Positions 13,058 through 25,288 of a stretch of DNA of 64,000 bases are shown piece after piece. The notes beneath the pieces are model-generated. The model ran no database searches. It saw only the letters and a list, made by a program, of their open reading frames with translations, and had not been told where the DNA came from. How positions within the stretch are numbered: position 1 is the stretch's first letter; each line of letters starts with the position of its first letter. This DNA comes from Octopus sinensis. Taxonomy: Eukaryota. Location of the stretch: the NCBI RefSeq assembly GCF_006345805.1, contig NC_043015.1, positions 18,352,001-18,416,000 on the forward strand, in the 5' to 3' direction. The translations under genes and the position numbers were made by a program.

Positions 13058-13478
13058 TGACTGGCATCTGTGCTTGTGGAGTGCTAAGAGCACCATCCGA
13101 GAGTGATCGTTTCCAGAGCGGCTAACTGGCTTCCATGCCAGTGGCACGTAAAAAGCACCATTCGAATGTGGTTGTTATCAGCATCGCCTTACTTGCACTT
13201 GTGTCGGTGGCATGTGAAGAAACACATGAAGACTGGCTCCTGTGCAGGTGGCATGTAAAAAACACCATTTGAGCGTGGCCGTTGCCAGTACTGCCTGACT
13301 AGCCCTTGTGCCGGTGGCACGTAAAAGCATCCACTACACTCTCGGAGGGGTTGGTGTTAGGAAGGGTATCCAGCTGTAGAAACTCTGCCAGATCAAGATT
13401 GGAGCCTGGTGCAGCCATCTGATTCGCCAGTCCTCAGTCCATCCCATGGAAAGCGGACGTTAAACGATGATGATGATG
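13058..13478 (+). mobile_element. Family B SINE with four internal gtggcacgtaaaaagcacc-type modules
   Basis: Modules near 13138, 13205, 13245 and 13310; ends ggaaagcggacgttaaacgatgatgatgat. Confidence 0.85.
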
Positions 13479-14032
13479 AATGCTATTTCTGTACTGCTTT
13501 CTTAAATGTATCTTTAATCTATTTCTTAAGTACTCACTGTGTATCAAAAGGATTACATTTTGATCCTGTATAATTGTTGCAGGTCCTGATATTTGACTTT
13601 AGAAATTTCACTATCATACAGTATTGTACTTCTGCTTTTTATATGAAGAGAGAAACTTTTTGCAGTAGGCAGATCATTTTCCTAAACATCAACCAAATCC
13701 CTGATCTTTCTATGACTAATACCACCTCAATAACTTCTGGAGTCTACTTCTGTTATCCATTACACAAGTACATTATTCTTTCCCAACAAATAAACACACT
13801 GCTTGTACATTTGTCTAAAATCCATTTGTTATAATCTTTTATAGCTTAATAATTTGGAATTCACCCTAACCCCAAAGTGATTGTGAATTAGACTTATTGT
13901 TAGTTTCATTAGTGAAAATTGATCTTTTCTTTTGACAATTCAATTTTGTATCTGAATTTTCAAATGATAAATTCTAGTTCCAATTAGAAATGTTTCCTAA
14001 TATTATTTTCCTGTTATCATTGTTCTTATAGT

Positions 14033-14135
14033 ATGGAGGTTCTAAGGCCTAGTTTATTGAAAATTGGCAACAGAATTTATCGCAAGTATCCAACCTCACA
14101 GACTGAAAGTAAACAAGCTAAAGATGAGTTATTTG
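14033..14135 (+). CDS. ASCC1: ASCC1 coding exon 1 (MEVLRPSLLKIGNRIYRKYPTSQTESKQAKDELF-E)
   Basis: ttatag acceptor ends 14031, ATG at 14033, G|gtaag donor at 14136. N-terminus resembles vertebrate ASCC1 MEVLRPQLIRIDGRNYRKNP. 103 nt, phase 1. Confidence 0.9.
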
Positions 14136-14417
14136 GTAAGACCATTTTCTTCTTCCCTACTAGAATATTTTCTAGACTTTCTGTAAAGGGAACCAATTGC
14201 TAACTAATAATACCAATGCTAATGTAGACTTATGAAATGGAGATAACACAGACTACATAACTTACAATTATAACCAACTGTAAAGCTTTGTTTATGTACA
14301 AAAAACAGACAAAACATTTGTTCAAACTGGAATTAATTGCATAAAGATGCCATCTGTACAGAACCACAATAGCATTGTGAGTGAAAAATTTTAAATGAGT
14401 TTTTTTTTAAATTTCAG

Positions 14418-14621
14418 AGGATTATGCAGAATATGCAAAAGATGAAAGCTGTGACAATGTTGAGGTTGTTGCAACAGAAAAAGGATTTGAAGGGAAAATG
14501 TCCATAGCAAGTGAATATTTCAAATACATTATTGGCAAGAAAGGAGAAACAAAAAAAAGGATAGAGAATGAGACACGAACCCAAATACGTATTCCTACAA
14601 GAGGTCAGGATGGAGATATTG
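14418..14621 (+). CDS. ASCC1: ASCC1 coding exon 2, KH domain (..SEYFKYIIGKKGETKKRIENETRTQIRIPTRGQDGDI)
   Basis: tttcag|AG acceptor, G|gtgagg donor, 204 nt, phase 1 to 1. KH GxxG loop IIGKKG matches ASCC1 IVGKRGDTRKKIEMET. Confidence 0.95.
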
Positions 14622-14984
14622 GTGAGGAAACAAAATTTGTTTCTAAGTTTTCCTCTTGTTAAATTAATAAAGCCTTAAATCGAACAATATATTTTTGTTC
14701 CATTTTAATTGGAACAATCTAAGTACCTGTTTCTTTTTGCTGAATATCTTATGATGTATCTTGACTATATCCAAAACTGAATTGAATGCTGGGTAAAGTC
14801 TGTGTAACACAAAAATTCAATTTCTGTTTGACTATTTTTGTGGTAATAGTGTTCTGTTTTCTATTTTGCTAACTAAAATGGTCATCTTCACTAAATTGAC
14901 TTTTAGGCCTTTCGATTCTAGTCTACTTCCATAAGAACTTTCCCTTTCATTTTAAAATTTATTTGTTCTTGCGAAATAGATTGT

Positions 14985-15790
14985 TAGTATACTTTTGGGA
15001 AGACTGTCTTCAACTTCTTGTTATAATCAGGAGGGAGAGGAATGAAAACTGAGCCTTGATGGACCCCTATTTGTAGGTTAAATTCCTCATTAATATCATA
15101 GCTAACTCTTATCTTGCTAACGGCACTTATATACATGGCTTGCATAGCTCTTACAAATCGTTCCTCTGCCTTGAATTTTCTTAGTGACCAACAGACTATG
15201 GAGCATGGTACCCTTTCAAAGGTCTTCTTCAAGGCAACAAACGTTAGTATAATGATTTATTCTTGGTTAAGAATTTCTCTTGTAGTTGCTTATTAAGAAG
15301 AGGCTGTCAGTGCTTCCATGTCTTGGATCAAAGCCAAACTCATTTAGGTTCATTCTCACTATGATTTGCTATAATTGTCCATCAGTTTAATGTCTCTATA
15401 GTTACTTTTTTCTAAATCTCTTGCTTCTGTGGTAAGGTATTAATGCTGATACTTCTGTGTCAGTCATTAGAAGTGACACTTCCCTCAACTACTTCATTGA
15501 GTTTGCAGTGCATAGAGATATTAGTGGTATTGAAGATATTTTCAGTATCTGCTTGATTATCTCTTATAATTCAGCAGCTTTTCCTGCTTTCATATCCTTA
15601 ATGGTTATTTCTACTATATTGCAGTTGATCTCAGTAGTTTGGTCCACTGTTGGATCCATATAAGGTTTTCCTCATACTTTCTCCTAATTTAACAGTCATT
15701 CTTAGTATCATTTGTGTGTCACTTCTCAGTGACAGTCAAATAAAGTGCACTGCTATCATTCTGTATTTACTTTTAGTCAATAACTTCTTG
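14985..15790 (-). mobile_element. Decayed RTE LINE RT fragment in ASCC1 intron
   Basis: Track ORF 14984-15232: FERVP..WSLRK..AMQAMY..FNLQIGVHQGSV (RT subdomains 3-4). Confidence 0.8.
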
Positions 15791-16182
15791 GTTTGCTTTG
15801 ATTCATTGCCTCACAACAGGGCTGGATTTAAACAATGGGGATGGGGGGTGGGGGATGCCAGTCAACCATTATTATTTTTACTCAATTGATTACTAAATAA
15901 CTTATTCACCATTTTTCTTGTTTGGAATTCATTGCAGTTTTCTAAAATATTCTACTGGATTGTTTTACTTGTCTTTGAGCTTGGTCTCTGAATGGATTTT
16001 AAGCTGAGCTGGCTTCATGCTATCATTTGACTGTACATCCATACATATGAGACACATTGGTTTCTCTTCATTCTATGGTGACAGATTACAGCCAATAGAC
16101 AGATATTCAATGAAATACTGTCAGCATTTCTTCTTAGTTAGAGGGGAAGAATTTTGATTTAAGCACCTCATATAACTCCTTG

Positions 16183-16891
16183 TAACTTTTCCATTTTTTT
16201 GAATTTTCAGAAAATATTTGCGAATTTGTCTTCTACACATGGGAATTCAAAAGATTATGCAAATAAAATTTTCGTGTGTGATTTGGGCAATTTAGCTGTT
16301 GTTTTTAGTACATCACACAACCATCTGATACCTTCCTCGTTTCTTTGTCACTATGATGTATTGATATTGTTCAAGAGCAGTCCATTAAGCAGAAGTCCCG
16401 AGTGTCTGTATTTTAAACTCTGACTTTTAAAAAAAATTGGTAAGAAGTAGGAAATTTTAGGATTTATGGGGTTTTAAAACAATTTTTTTTTTCATTAAGT
16501 GTATGAATTCTAATGCATAGAACACAAATTCACAAAAATCTTCAGAAAATTCCCCAAAATAAAAGCCACAATATCTGCTACCTTCATTTCGACTCTTTGT
16601 TGTATTCTTTTTTAATCAGAGTTTAAAATATGGATAGTCTGAATTTTAGGCTCAGATCCCAACCTTGTGTGCATCATCATTCCACTAAATGTGTTTATGT
16701 GGAGAAAAACATTGAAAAATATTAATACATGCCTGTAACGAAGATACAAAGAAGGTGTCAGGTGGTCGTTAGATGTACTAAAAATAACAGTTAAATCACA
16801 CACAATTTTTTCACAATCATTTGGATTCTCATGTGTAGAATACAAATTCACAAAAATTTTCTGAAAATTCCAAAACATAAAAAAAAGTTAT
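16183..16891. repeat. Foldback/MITE-like element with ~190-bp imperfect inverted arms
   Basis: 16183-16375 is the reverse complement of ~16690-16891 (ttttcagaaaatatttgcgaatttgtcttctacacatg vs catgtgtagaatacaaattcacaaaaattttctgaaaa). Partial copies at ~16500-16560 and ~63780-63830. Confidence 0.75.
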
Positions 16892-17939
16892 ATGCAATAT
16901 TATATTTATTAGAAATGGGTTAAAATAATTGTTTCTTTTCTTTGAGCACATGTTCTTACCTTTATCCTAAAAAACTGACTAACTTGGAGATCAACTTGCA
17001 AAAATATGTTGAAATAACTTTGGTTCCAGAATTTTGATGAAGTTCTTCGAAAATCAATCATATTCCATAAATAAAAAATCTTTATCATTAAACATAAGTA
17101 ATTCATCATTGCCATTTAGGAGTTCTGGAAGCTGAAACAAATATCTCATTTGGATGCAGGATAGTTCTTCTGGTTGATTCTTGATTAGGATATGTCTATT
17201 TGCTTTGATTATTTTGATTGATCCTCTTGATGTTGACAATACAAAAATCAGAACCAATCTTACTGATTTTTTGTTTCCATCCAAACCATTAGCAAACCAG
17301 ATTTCAGTTATCTCCTCTTCTCATTAGTCCATTGCCATTCATTGCCTCAAATACTCTCTGTTAATTATGCAAACAGTTTGAGAAACCCATGACTTATCTC
17401 AGTCTCCAAGCAATACTCAAAATTAAACAGATTATGCTCTGTTAAAAAAATGAGAAATAGATTTCCTACATTCATTCATTGTCACGAATATAGTTAAAGA
17501 CATCTAGATGGTACATGCTTCTTCTTTAAGATGAAGCCATAATTTCTGTTCAGTTGATAGATTAATAATGAGTTAATTACTTTCCCATTTTTGATACATA
17601 CTTTGACAACATGACACTTGGGAATTATTGTAAAATAATTATAAAAAAATGACATCAAATGAGAATTCATTGAAATTGGAATAAAATGTACTTGGGGATC
17701 TCTAATTGCAATGCATGTGGGGATAGGAGAAAGTATTAAGAAATATTCTGTATCTCTAGGACTTGAACCTGTAGGATAAAACTTATGGGATATTTAGAAT
17801 TAGAACTCAAATTATACCCAGGGATAATTCTAACTTTCAAGGCTTCAGAATTCTTTTTTTTTTGTTGAAAGTAGAGGGAAGTTGTGGAAGAGGGAGACCC
17901 AAGAAGACCTGTCCATCACAACAGAATTGATATCCTAAA

Positions 17940-18190
17940 ACTAAGGTGCCATGTAAAAAGCATTAGTGTGGGTGCTGGTGCCACATAGAAGCACACGTGA
18001 TGGTGACATATAAAATGTACCTGGTACACTCTGTGCAGTGGCTGGCATTAGGAAGGGCATCAAGTTGAAGAAACCAAGCCAAAACAGACTATGGCGTCTA
18101 GTGTGGCCTCTGTCCTTGCCAGTTCCTGTCATGCTTTCTAACCCATGCCAGCATGGAAAATGGACGTTAAATGTTCATGATGTTGATGAG
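17940..18190 (+). mobile_element. Family B SINE
   Basis: gccatgtaaaaagc module, ggcattaggaagggcatc core, gcatggaaaatggacgttaaatg tail. Confidence 0.75.
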
Positions 18191-18298
18191 GATATACTGC
18201 TGCCCAGAAAAATAGTTTTCAAGTCCACTGTTCTTTAAATATGATTATCTGCAATCTCACAACAACCCATTAATGATAAATTTAATTGTCATCATATT

Positions 18299-18336
<38 letters not shown>

Positions 18337-19273
18337 TGTTATCAGTGTCTGTTGTTGATATTGCTGTATGACATAACAATGTTGTACTTGATGTCACCAT
18401 ATGACATAATTATGTCATACTTGATAACAAAGAAACAACGTAATAAAAGTAAGAAGGATAAATTTGGAATCAACTGATAATCCTCACTGTCTCTACTTCA
18501 AAGTTTTTCCACTTAAGTGAGGCCATCCTGGCACATGAATGGCCACATGTAAGAAGAAACTATGTAGCTATGCAGGGAATCATCAGCTATTTGCAAATAC
18601 ATAAATGCAACGACATGCATTTAGTATTTGTTCTCATTTTTGCAGCCCAAAACATACATACATCATCATCATTTTCTAATGTCTATTTTCCACACTGGCA
18701 TAGGCTGGAACTGATGAACAAGAACGACTGTGTCTGCTTTGGAAATGGTTTCTATGACTGGATGCCCTTTCTGATGCCAACCACTTTATGGGGTGTACTG
18801 GGTGCTTTTTTTCCTGGCACCAGTACTAGTGAGGTCATCAAGTAAAAGAAAATACATATATACATACACATACATACACTAGTTTGGATGATGATAATGT
18901 TGATGATAATTTCTTGGGTGTACATTGTTAAATGAATCTTAGTGAACATAAGAAAAGCACCAGTTTCATTTCATGACTGTGTTGTTTGTGCTAAAATGCT
19001 TAAATCAACATTTCATTTTCTGTTTGAATTGTGGTAAGTTATTAATGATGGGCAAGTGTGGTGGAGAGTGAATTCTAGAAGGAATGTGCAAATAATGAAA
19101 GTTTTTTCGATAAGACAATTTTGCCTGCATAGAACAATGCATTATAGAGAAAGTTACATAAGTTGTTGATAGATATACTTTTAATGATTTTTATCAATTA
19201 TCTTTTTGAAAGTAGGTAAAATATATAATGTGTCACAATTGTGATTTTTTTTTGTTTGTTTGTTATATTTTAG

Positions 19274-19452
19274 TAATCTTGGGTCGAGACAAGAAAGGTG
19301 TGGTTTCTGCATATACCCGATTGGAATTACTGGTTATTTCAGCAAGACAGAAACAACCTTTCACACACTTCCTCTCTATTCCAATCACAGCCAAATCTAT
19401 ACACAATCAAGTTTTGGAGTTTAAAGAAGATGTGCTTCGAGAATGTGATGGG
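19274..19452 (+). CDS. ASCC1: ASCC1 coding exon 3 (VILGRDKKGVVSAYTRLELLVISARQKQPFTHFLSIP..ECDG)
   Basis: ttttag acceptor, GGG|gtaaat donor, 179 nt, phase 1 to 0. KQPFTHFL motif of ASCC1. Lies within track ORF 19228-19527. Confidence 0.95.
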
Positions 19453-19527
19453 GTAAATTTACTTAAAATTTACTCAAAACTTTTTAAAAACCTGGAGTTT
19501 GTGAACAATAGTGACTTAATAAGTTGA

Positions 19528-20575
19528 TTAACCCTTTCGTTACTATATTTCTGACCAAAATACACCCCTTATGTGTTTCAATTAATTTCTAACATAATCA
19601 TAAATTTAGTCTGGTTTCATTAAACAACTATAACCTTTTTATTTATCAATATATTAATGTGAATTTTGGAAGATAATTTAATGAAATGTTCTCAACCAAT
19701 TCTATACTATAATTTTTGTCACAAAGTGACTCTAATTGCAGGTAGATACAGTAAATTCAACAAAATATAAAATTATTAAAATTTTATTCAAACATCACTA
19801 TAGAAAATGGGTTATTAGCTAATATTCAATTGGGTATACAACAAAATTTTACGATAGAATTTGTTATTCTGGGTAACTTTCTGATACCCATAATAATATT
19901 TATGGCAAAATAGTCTTAATTTCATTTAAGGTTATGGGAAACCACTAACTATCCTTTCTTTTGCTTTGTTTACATTCAGCGTAACGGTTCGTATCCGCTG
20001 TAATGATTTCAAATAGGCTCATTCGAAAAAGTAAAAAGAAATAGTCTAAGGCTTTACTCTTCTGGGAAAGTCTGTGGCTTGGTCCAGTTTCTTCAGAAAA
20101 ATCACTGAAAGAAACAGTTTTTAAATTTTCACTCATTTCAGGTGCCAATTCATTTTCTTTATCGCTGTCGGAGCTCTTGGATTCACTGTTTTCACTTTCG
20201 GAAAATGAAACATCAGATTCATTATCAAAACCACGTGCTTTTTTTTTTCAGTCATAGAGTTAGATTTATGAAGGTCTTCAGTAGAAAATCCTTCGAATTC
20301 TGACTCGCTGCTTGATATAATGAAATTCGTATCCATTTTTTGTCAGAATTACAAATTTTGAAAACACAATAGGAACAAATTTCGGAAAAAAATCTCCCAA
20401 AATTCACGGAATTAAAATTACACTTCGATTGTTGTACAAAACTGTAGTTGAACTGTTTACGAAGTATAATATGTGTTTTCACGAATGTACTAAAGAGATT
20501 TGCTCTGATATTCTCATTTAAATATGAATAGGTAAATACGGGCGGGTTTGGGCGGTTTGGTAACGAAAGGGTTAA
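19528..20575 (-). mobile_element. piggyBac internal-deletion derivative with TTAA TSDs
   Basis: TTAA-CCCTTTCGTTAC ... GTAACGAAAGGG-TTAA (19528-19531, 20572-20575). - strand ORFs 20133-20336 and 19945-20148 give an acidic N-terminus and ETGPSHRL..ALDYFFLLF..LFEIITADTNRYA, typical of the PGBD transposase N-terminal region. Confidence 0.9.
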
Positions 20576-21345
20576 GATAGTTAATATCCTTCATTCACAA
20601 TCTTTTCTTAATTTATTAGTTTCTGAAAATTGCCCATTTTTTACATTCTAAAAAAATAAAAATCCTCAGTTCTCAGTGATGAATTATTGCTATTAAGAAT
20701 GACTTTTTTTGTCTGCTGAAATGACTGAAGTATCTCACTTGCAAATGTTTTATGAATATTCTGGCTGTAAAAACGAAAACTTTTTATTTTGTGAGGGCCT
20801 GTCATCATCACTATCACCTATAACATGTATTTATGTTAGGAATGATAATGGACATGCCACATATCCAGTTGTATGATCAGGTTCTATGTACATCAACAAT
20901 TACGACATGATTTTGGAAGATTGTTTATAATTTGTCTTCCTGTGAGTTGGTTCCCAGATCATTATTTTTGCCTTAGATGGGAAACAACTGATATTATTGA
21001 AAGGGAAAGTCTCCATCTTTTCAGATGCATTAGTATTTATAATAAATAAATGTTTATTTAAGTTTCCACAATTCTTTTCTTTTCTGTATTTCCTTTATTG
21101 GTTGAATCAGTCCTTGATAATAGAATTTCTTTTTTTACTCTGTGATAAATATACCACTTGTTTATTGTTTTATGACTTTTTAAATTAAGCAAACATTGAA
21201 ATTCTAAACATTCTTGCAAATATAAAATCTAACATAATGTTGTCAAATTACTCATAAAAATAATTTTGATAAATTTTCTTGTGTTGGTTATGTATTTGAG
21301 GATTGTGAATTGTTAAAAAAAAAACAACTTTAAATTCCATTATAG

Positions 21346-21482
21346 GATTTGGGTTTGGATGCATCGATCTTTCAAAATTATCAGAAGCTGCATTTAACTA
21401 TTGGAACGTTGGTATTACTAAGTGAATCAGAGGTTGAAAAAGCTACAGAATTACTGAACAAATGCAATGAAAATTTAATTCG
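21346..21482 (+). CDS. ASCC1: ASCC1 coding exon 4, first 2H motif (DLGLDASIFQNYQKLHLTIGTLVLLSESEVEKATELL..)
   Basis: tatag acceptor, CG|gtaatg donor, 137 nt, phase 0 to 2. KLHLTIG = HxT motif. Confidence 0.95.
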
Positions 21483-22129
21483 GTAATGCTTTACTGGTTT
21501 CTTTGAAATAACTTAATTTGTTTTAGCAGCAAATTAAATTAGGAATGTATCTAACCAAACCAGATTGTGACAGTAGCCAATTGAAATAGGAAGTTTTTCT
21601 TTGGATTATGATGCTTTCATTTGAACATGGAATTTTATGGTTTTATGTCTATACTGACAATTACTTCATCACTATGTCTGACTTATTTACAGCTTCCTAT
21701 AAGACTTAGTTGTGTTTAAATCTTTAGATAATGGAAGATATACAGAAACTTTTCAGTCATAATCTTCTCAGATAAATTTGAGTTTGAATAGGTCATTTGT
21801 ATAGATAACCCAATGTGTAAATATATTTCAACTAGTGCAAGTGCTTAATTTCATAGGTTTACTTCCAGGATAATATTGATTCAAATTTTGGCACAAGGCC
21901 AGCAATCTTGGGAGGAGAGGCAAGTCAATTACATCTATCCCAGTGTTCAACTGGTAATTATTTTATTGACCCTGAAAGGATGGAAGGCAAAGTCAGCCTT
22001 GGTAGAATTTGCACTCAGAATGTGGAGGTGGATGAAATGTCACTAAGCATTTTGCCTGTGCTAACAATTCTGCAAGCTTGCCACCTTAACTTTCAGGATA
22101 ATATTAAAATATAGCATAGTCTGTATTGA

Positions 22130-22400
22130 TGTCTCTGTACTGTGCTGTACAGCAAGACATGTCTATGCTGTTGCCACTCCACCAAATATGTCTGTTACTG
22201 CTACATGAAAAAGCATGTCTCTGGTAATGTTGCTATTTGACAAAACATGTGTCAGTTAATGTTGCTGCATGACAAGACATATCTGTGTTAATGCTACTAC
22301 ATGACAAGACATGTCTATGCTGCTATGTGACAAAACATGTCTCTGTTAATGCTGCAACATGAGTTGTCTCTTTTGCCACAAAGCATGTCTCTGGTGCTGT
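22130..22400. repeat. Degenerate ~33-bp minisatellite (catgtctctgttaatgctgctacatgacaa..)
   Basis: About 8 imperfect tandem units, each containing catgtct/catatct, just upstream of ASCC1 coding exon 5. Confidence 0.75.
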
Positions 22401-22484
22401 TAAATATCTGATTTAGTAAATAAAGAAGTATTTTAAATACATAATTGTAATTTATCTTCCATTTATAACAAATATTATTTGTAG

Positions 22485-22604
22485 GCCACTTTTAAAAGAT
22501 GAACCCCTTCACTGTCAGCTTGTTGGCTTGGAATATATGAATGATGATCCTGGAGCTGTAGATGTTCTTTATATTAAAGTAATCCAACCAGAAAATTCTG
22601 AAAG
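22485..22604 (+). CDS. ASCC1: ASCC1 coding exon 5 (PLLKDEPLHCQLVGLEYMNDDPGAVDVLYIKV..)
   Basis: ttgtag acceptor, AG|gtgaga donor, 120 nt, phase 2 to 2. GLEYMNDDPGxVDVLY is characteristic of ASCC1. Confidence 0.95.
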
Positions 22605-23124
22605 GTGAGACTTTCTAGAAGCATTCCGTTTTATATATCTTGACAAGATGTGCATAAAAGACTCCTAAGTTAAGTTCTTACATTCTTTTTCTTGATATGT
22701 AATTTCAATAATTTTATTCTAACCCTCAGCATTCGCGAATGATGGTAGTTTGTGTTGTGAAGTTGTTTATTCCTGTATATAGTGTGAAATAAGTTATTGT
22801 TTACTGTTTAAGGTGGTTGCCATTTTACTTGATAAATATCTAAATATTCTAGGAATCTTCATTTAGCATTGAACAATTGTGAAGCATCTATTATTATGAT
22901 GGTTATCAGATAAGTAAGTTATTGTCATTTCCCATGTTAATACTGCCCATCCCTCACAACCTTCTAATGGATGGCTGTACTTCTTTTTATATATGATGCA
23001 TTTGTGCTCATGTCTAGATATGTTGTGTGAAATGGATATATACACGTACATGTCTATGTAGGAAAAACATGTATAAATGTTGTTTGTGTGTGTATGTATG
23101 TATCTATCTATCTATCTATCATAT

Positions 23125-23510
23125 CATCATCGTCATCGTTTAATGTTCATCTTCCATGCATGCATGGGTAGGATGATTGACAGGAGGCACCCAGATTACT
23201 GTGCTTGTTTTGGCAGGGTTTTTATGGCTGGATGCCCGGACTGAGTGCTTTTTACATGGCCCCAGGACAGGCAAGGTCAGTTTTGGTATGATTTTTACTG
23301 TTGGATGCCCTACCAAATTCCAACCAATTTACAGTGTAGATGGGATGCTTTGTTACATGACACCAGCACTGGCAGGGTTATCAAGGAACTTGTAAGACAA
23401 GGAATTTTGAGAGGGGAGGAGGCATTGGAGGAGGGGATCTTATGTCAGATGAGAGGTTAGAGAGTGACAGAGACACAGAAAGGCAGAAACAGGTGTCTTA
23501 TTATAGAGGA
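23125..23510 (-). mobile_element. Family B SINE
   Basis: catcatcgtcatcgtttaatgttcatcttccatgc start, ggctggatgcc cores. Confidence 0.7.
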
Positions 23511-23519
23511 GGAGGAGGC

Positions 23520-24420
23520 GTTAATTGAAGTGTACAATATTATATATCCATTACAGCCGATCTTACCAATTGATTTTGCACCAGGGATTCAACAGGGTGT
23601 TAAATAGCAGTCCAATTATGTAACCCTGTGTATGCTTTGTTTATCTTTTAGTTGAATTCTTTGGAGTATTTGTGTAGGTATGGAGTATGTGTAGGAGTAC
23701 CATATGTATAGGAGTGTATACTGGGAGGTGGAAAAAGGATTTATTGGGTGAATGTCTGTTGTGTTATGTTGTGTTATGTTGTGTAGTCTAAATCTTGAGT
23801 GCATTTGTGTATGTTCTGGTCAAACATTTTGCTGGATTCTCAGGTATTGGATTGTAGGAGAGTCGAATTTGGGGAACTGGAGATTATAGTCATGATAGTG
23901 CTTGTAGGTATGATAGAATGTATTTTTGTTCATGTGGGCAAGGATTGAAAATTTTACTTTTGCTGTTCAGATAGATGCCTGGATGTTAGGTTTTCTTTAT
24001 TATGGCTCTTTTCTCATGGCTCTTTTCTCAGGTAGGCATAATCTGCATTACCTGCTGCTATAGAAGTAAGCTTTGCATTTCTTCAATATCCTCCACTTTA
24101 TGTTGTACTCTCTGGTGCTTTCTTTCAACAACCATACATGCTTGGCCAGCATTGTGGCATTTTGTCTCTCCAGGATGTTGAAGGAGGACTTGTGGTTGTT
24201 GTATCAGGTTCTGAAGAGCCCATCAATTGCTCCCACATACTTTCGCATGTTTGGTTACCCATTTGGTTCAGTTGCTGTTTTCTCTGCCTCATATACAATG
24301 GTTTCTGTATTACAGTGGCCGTTAAGTGGACATGCTGTGATAGCCCTATATGAGCATCCTGCTTCTGTCTCAGGTGTGGACCTACTTACTAAAATCTCTT
24401 TTTTACGTTGCGTGCATGAT
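23520..24420 (-). mobile_element. Penelope-like retroelement 3' fragment (GIY-YIG endonuclease)
   Basis: - strand: CPLNGHCNTETIVYEA..RKYVG..YNNHKSSF..ATMLAKHVWLLKE..YNIKWRILKKCKAY..CRLCLPEK, with stops. Confidence 0.85.
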
Positions 24421-24639
24421 TAAAAGAAACCCTCAGGGTGTGCCTGTTAAATATTTTATCTATTTGTATGAGGGGTGTGTTTGTCTACTAAGCTTAAGAA
24501 AATCTTACCCACATGAGTTTTAACACTTAAAGAGAAGGGAGGTGTGAACCACAACACTTTCCAGTGACATTTTCTCTTGAGGGGTTAGGGTCTGGTATAT
24601 AATTAATCTTTTCCTTAAAACTGCTGGCAGTCTTGTAGA

Positions 24640-24694
<55 letters not shown>

Positions 24695-24704
24695 TTATCA
24701 TCAT

Positions 24705-25140
24705 CATTTAACATTCTTTGTCCATGCTGGCATGGGTTGGATGGTTTGACCAGGGTTGGCAAGCTGGAAGGCTGCACCAAACTCCAATCTGATTTGGCAT
24801 GGTTTCTATGGGTGGATGCCCTTCCTAATGCCAACTACCTAAGAGTGTAATGGGTGCTTTTATATGCCACCAGCATGGGTGCCATTTGTGTGACACCAGT
24901 ATCTGTCACGACTGCAATTTTACTTAGTTTGATGGGTTTCTTCTCAAGCACAGCATAAATCCAAAGGTCTTGGTCATTTGTCATTTGTCATTGCCGCCAT
25001 GAGGCCCAACAGTTGAAATGTGCTTTTCACATGCCACTGGCATCAGCCACTTTGCCTCTGTGAGACCCAACACTTGGAAGGTGCTTTTTATGTGCCACTA
25101 GCATGGGTGCCAGTTATGTGATGCCAGCATTGGCCATGAC
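24705..25140 (-). mobile_element. Family B SINE with internal modules
   Basis: Tail at 24700-24712; gtgctttt..atgccac modules near 24855, 25020 and 25082. Confidence 0.8.
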
Positions 25141-25145
25141 TATGA

Positions 25146-25176
<31 letters not shown>

Positions 25177-25288
25177 TGTTGATGCCATAAGAATTTTATA
25201 AACTTTTGAGAGAATGTGAAATCTTTTAATATATCTCAAAGCACATACACATAAAACTATAAACAAAAGCATGTAAACATTGAATAGA

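Noticed and set aside
16909-17284. Antisense ORFs with a strong AAG|gtaaga donor at 16960
   Set aside because: No partner exon or recognisable domain; such signals are expected by chance in this much intron.
18400-18419. Perfect 20-bp palindromes TATGACATAATTATGTCATA (and CTGCATCCATATGGATGCAG at 42303-42322)
   Set aside because: Short and near chance expectation for 64 kb of AT-rich DNA; no associated structure.
22130-22400. CRISPR-like repeat array
   Set aside because: Units are contiguous and degenerate with no unique spacers; eukaryotic intron; no cas genes.
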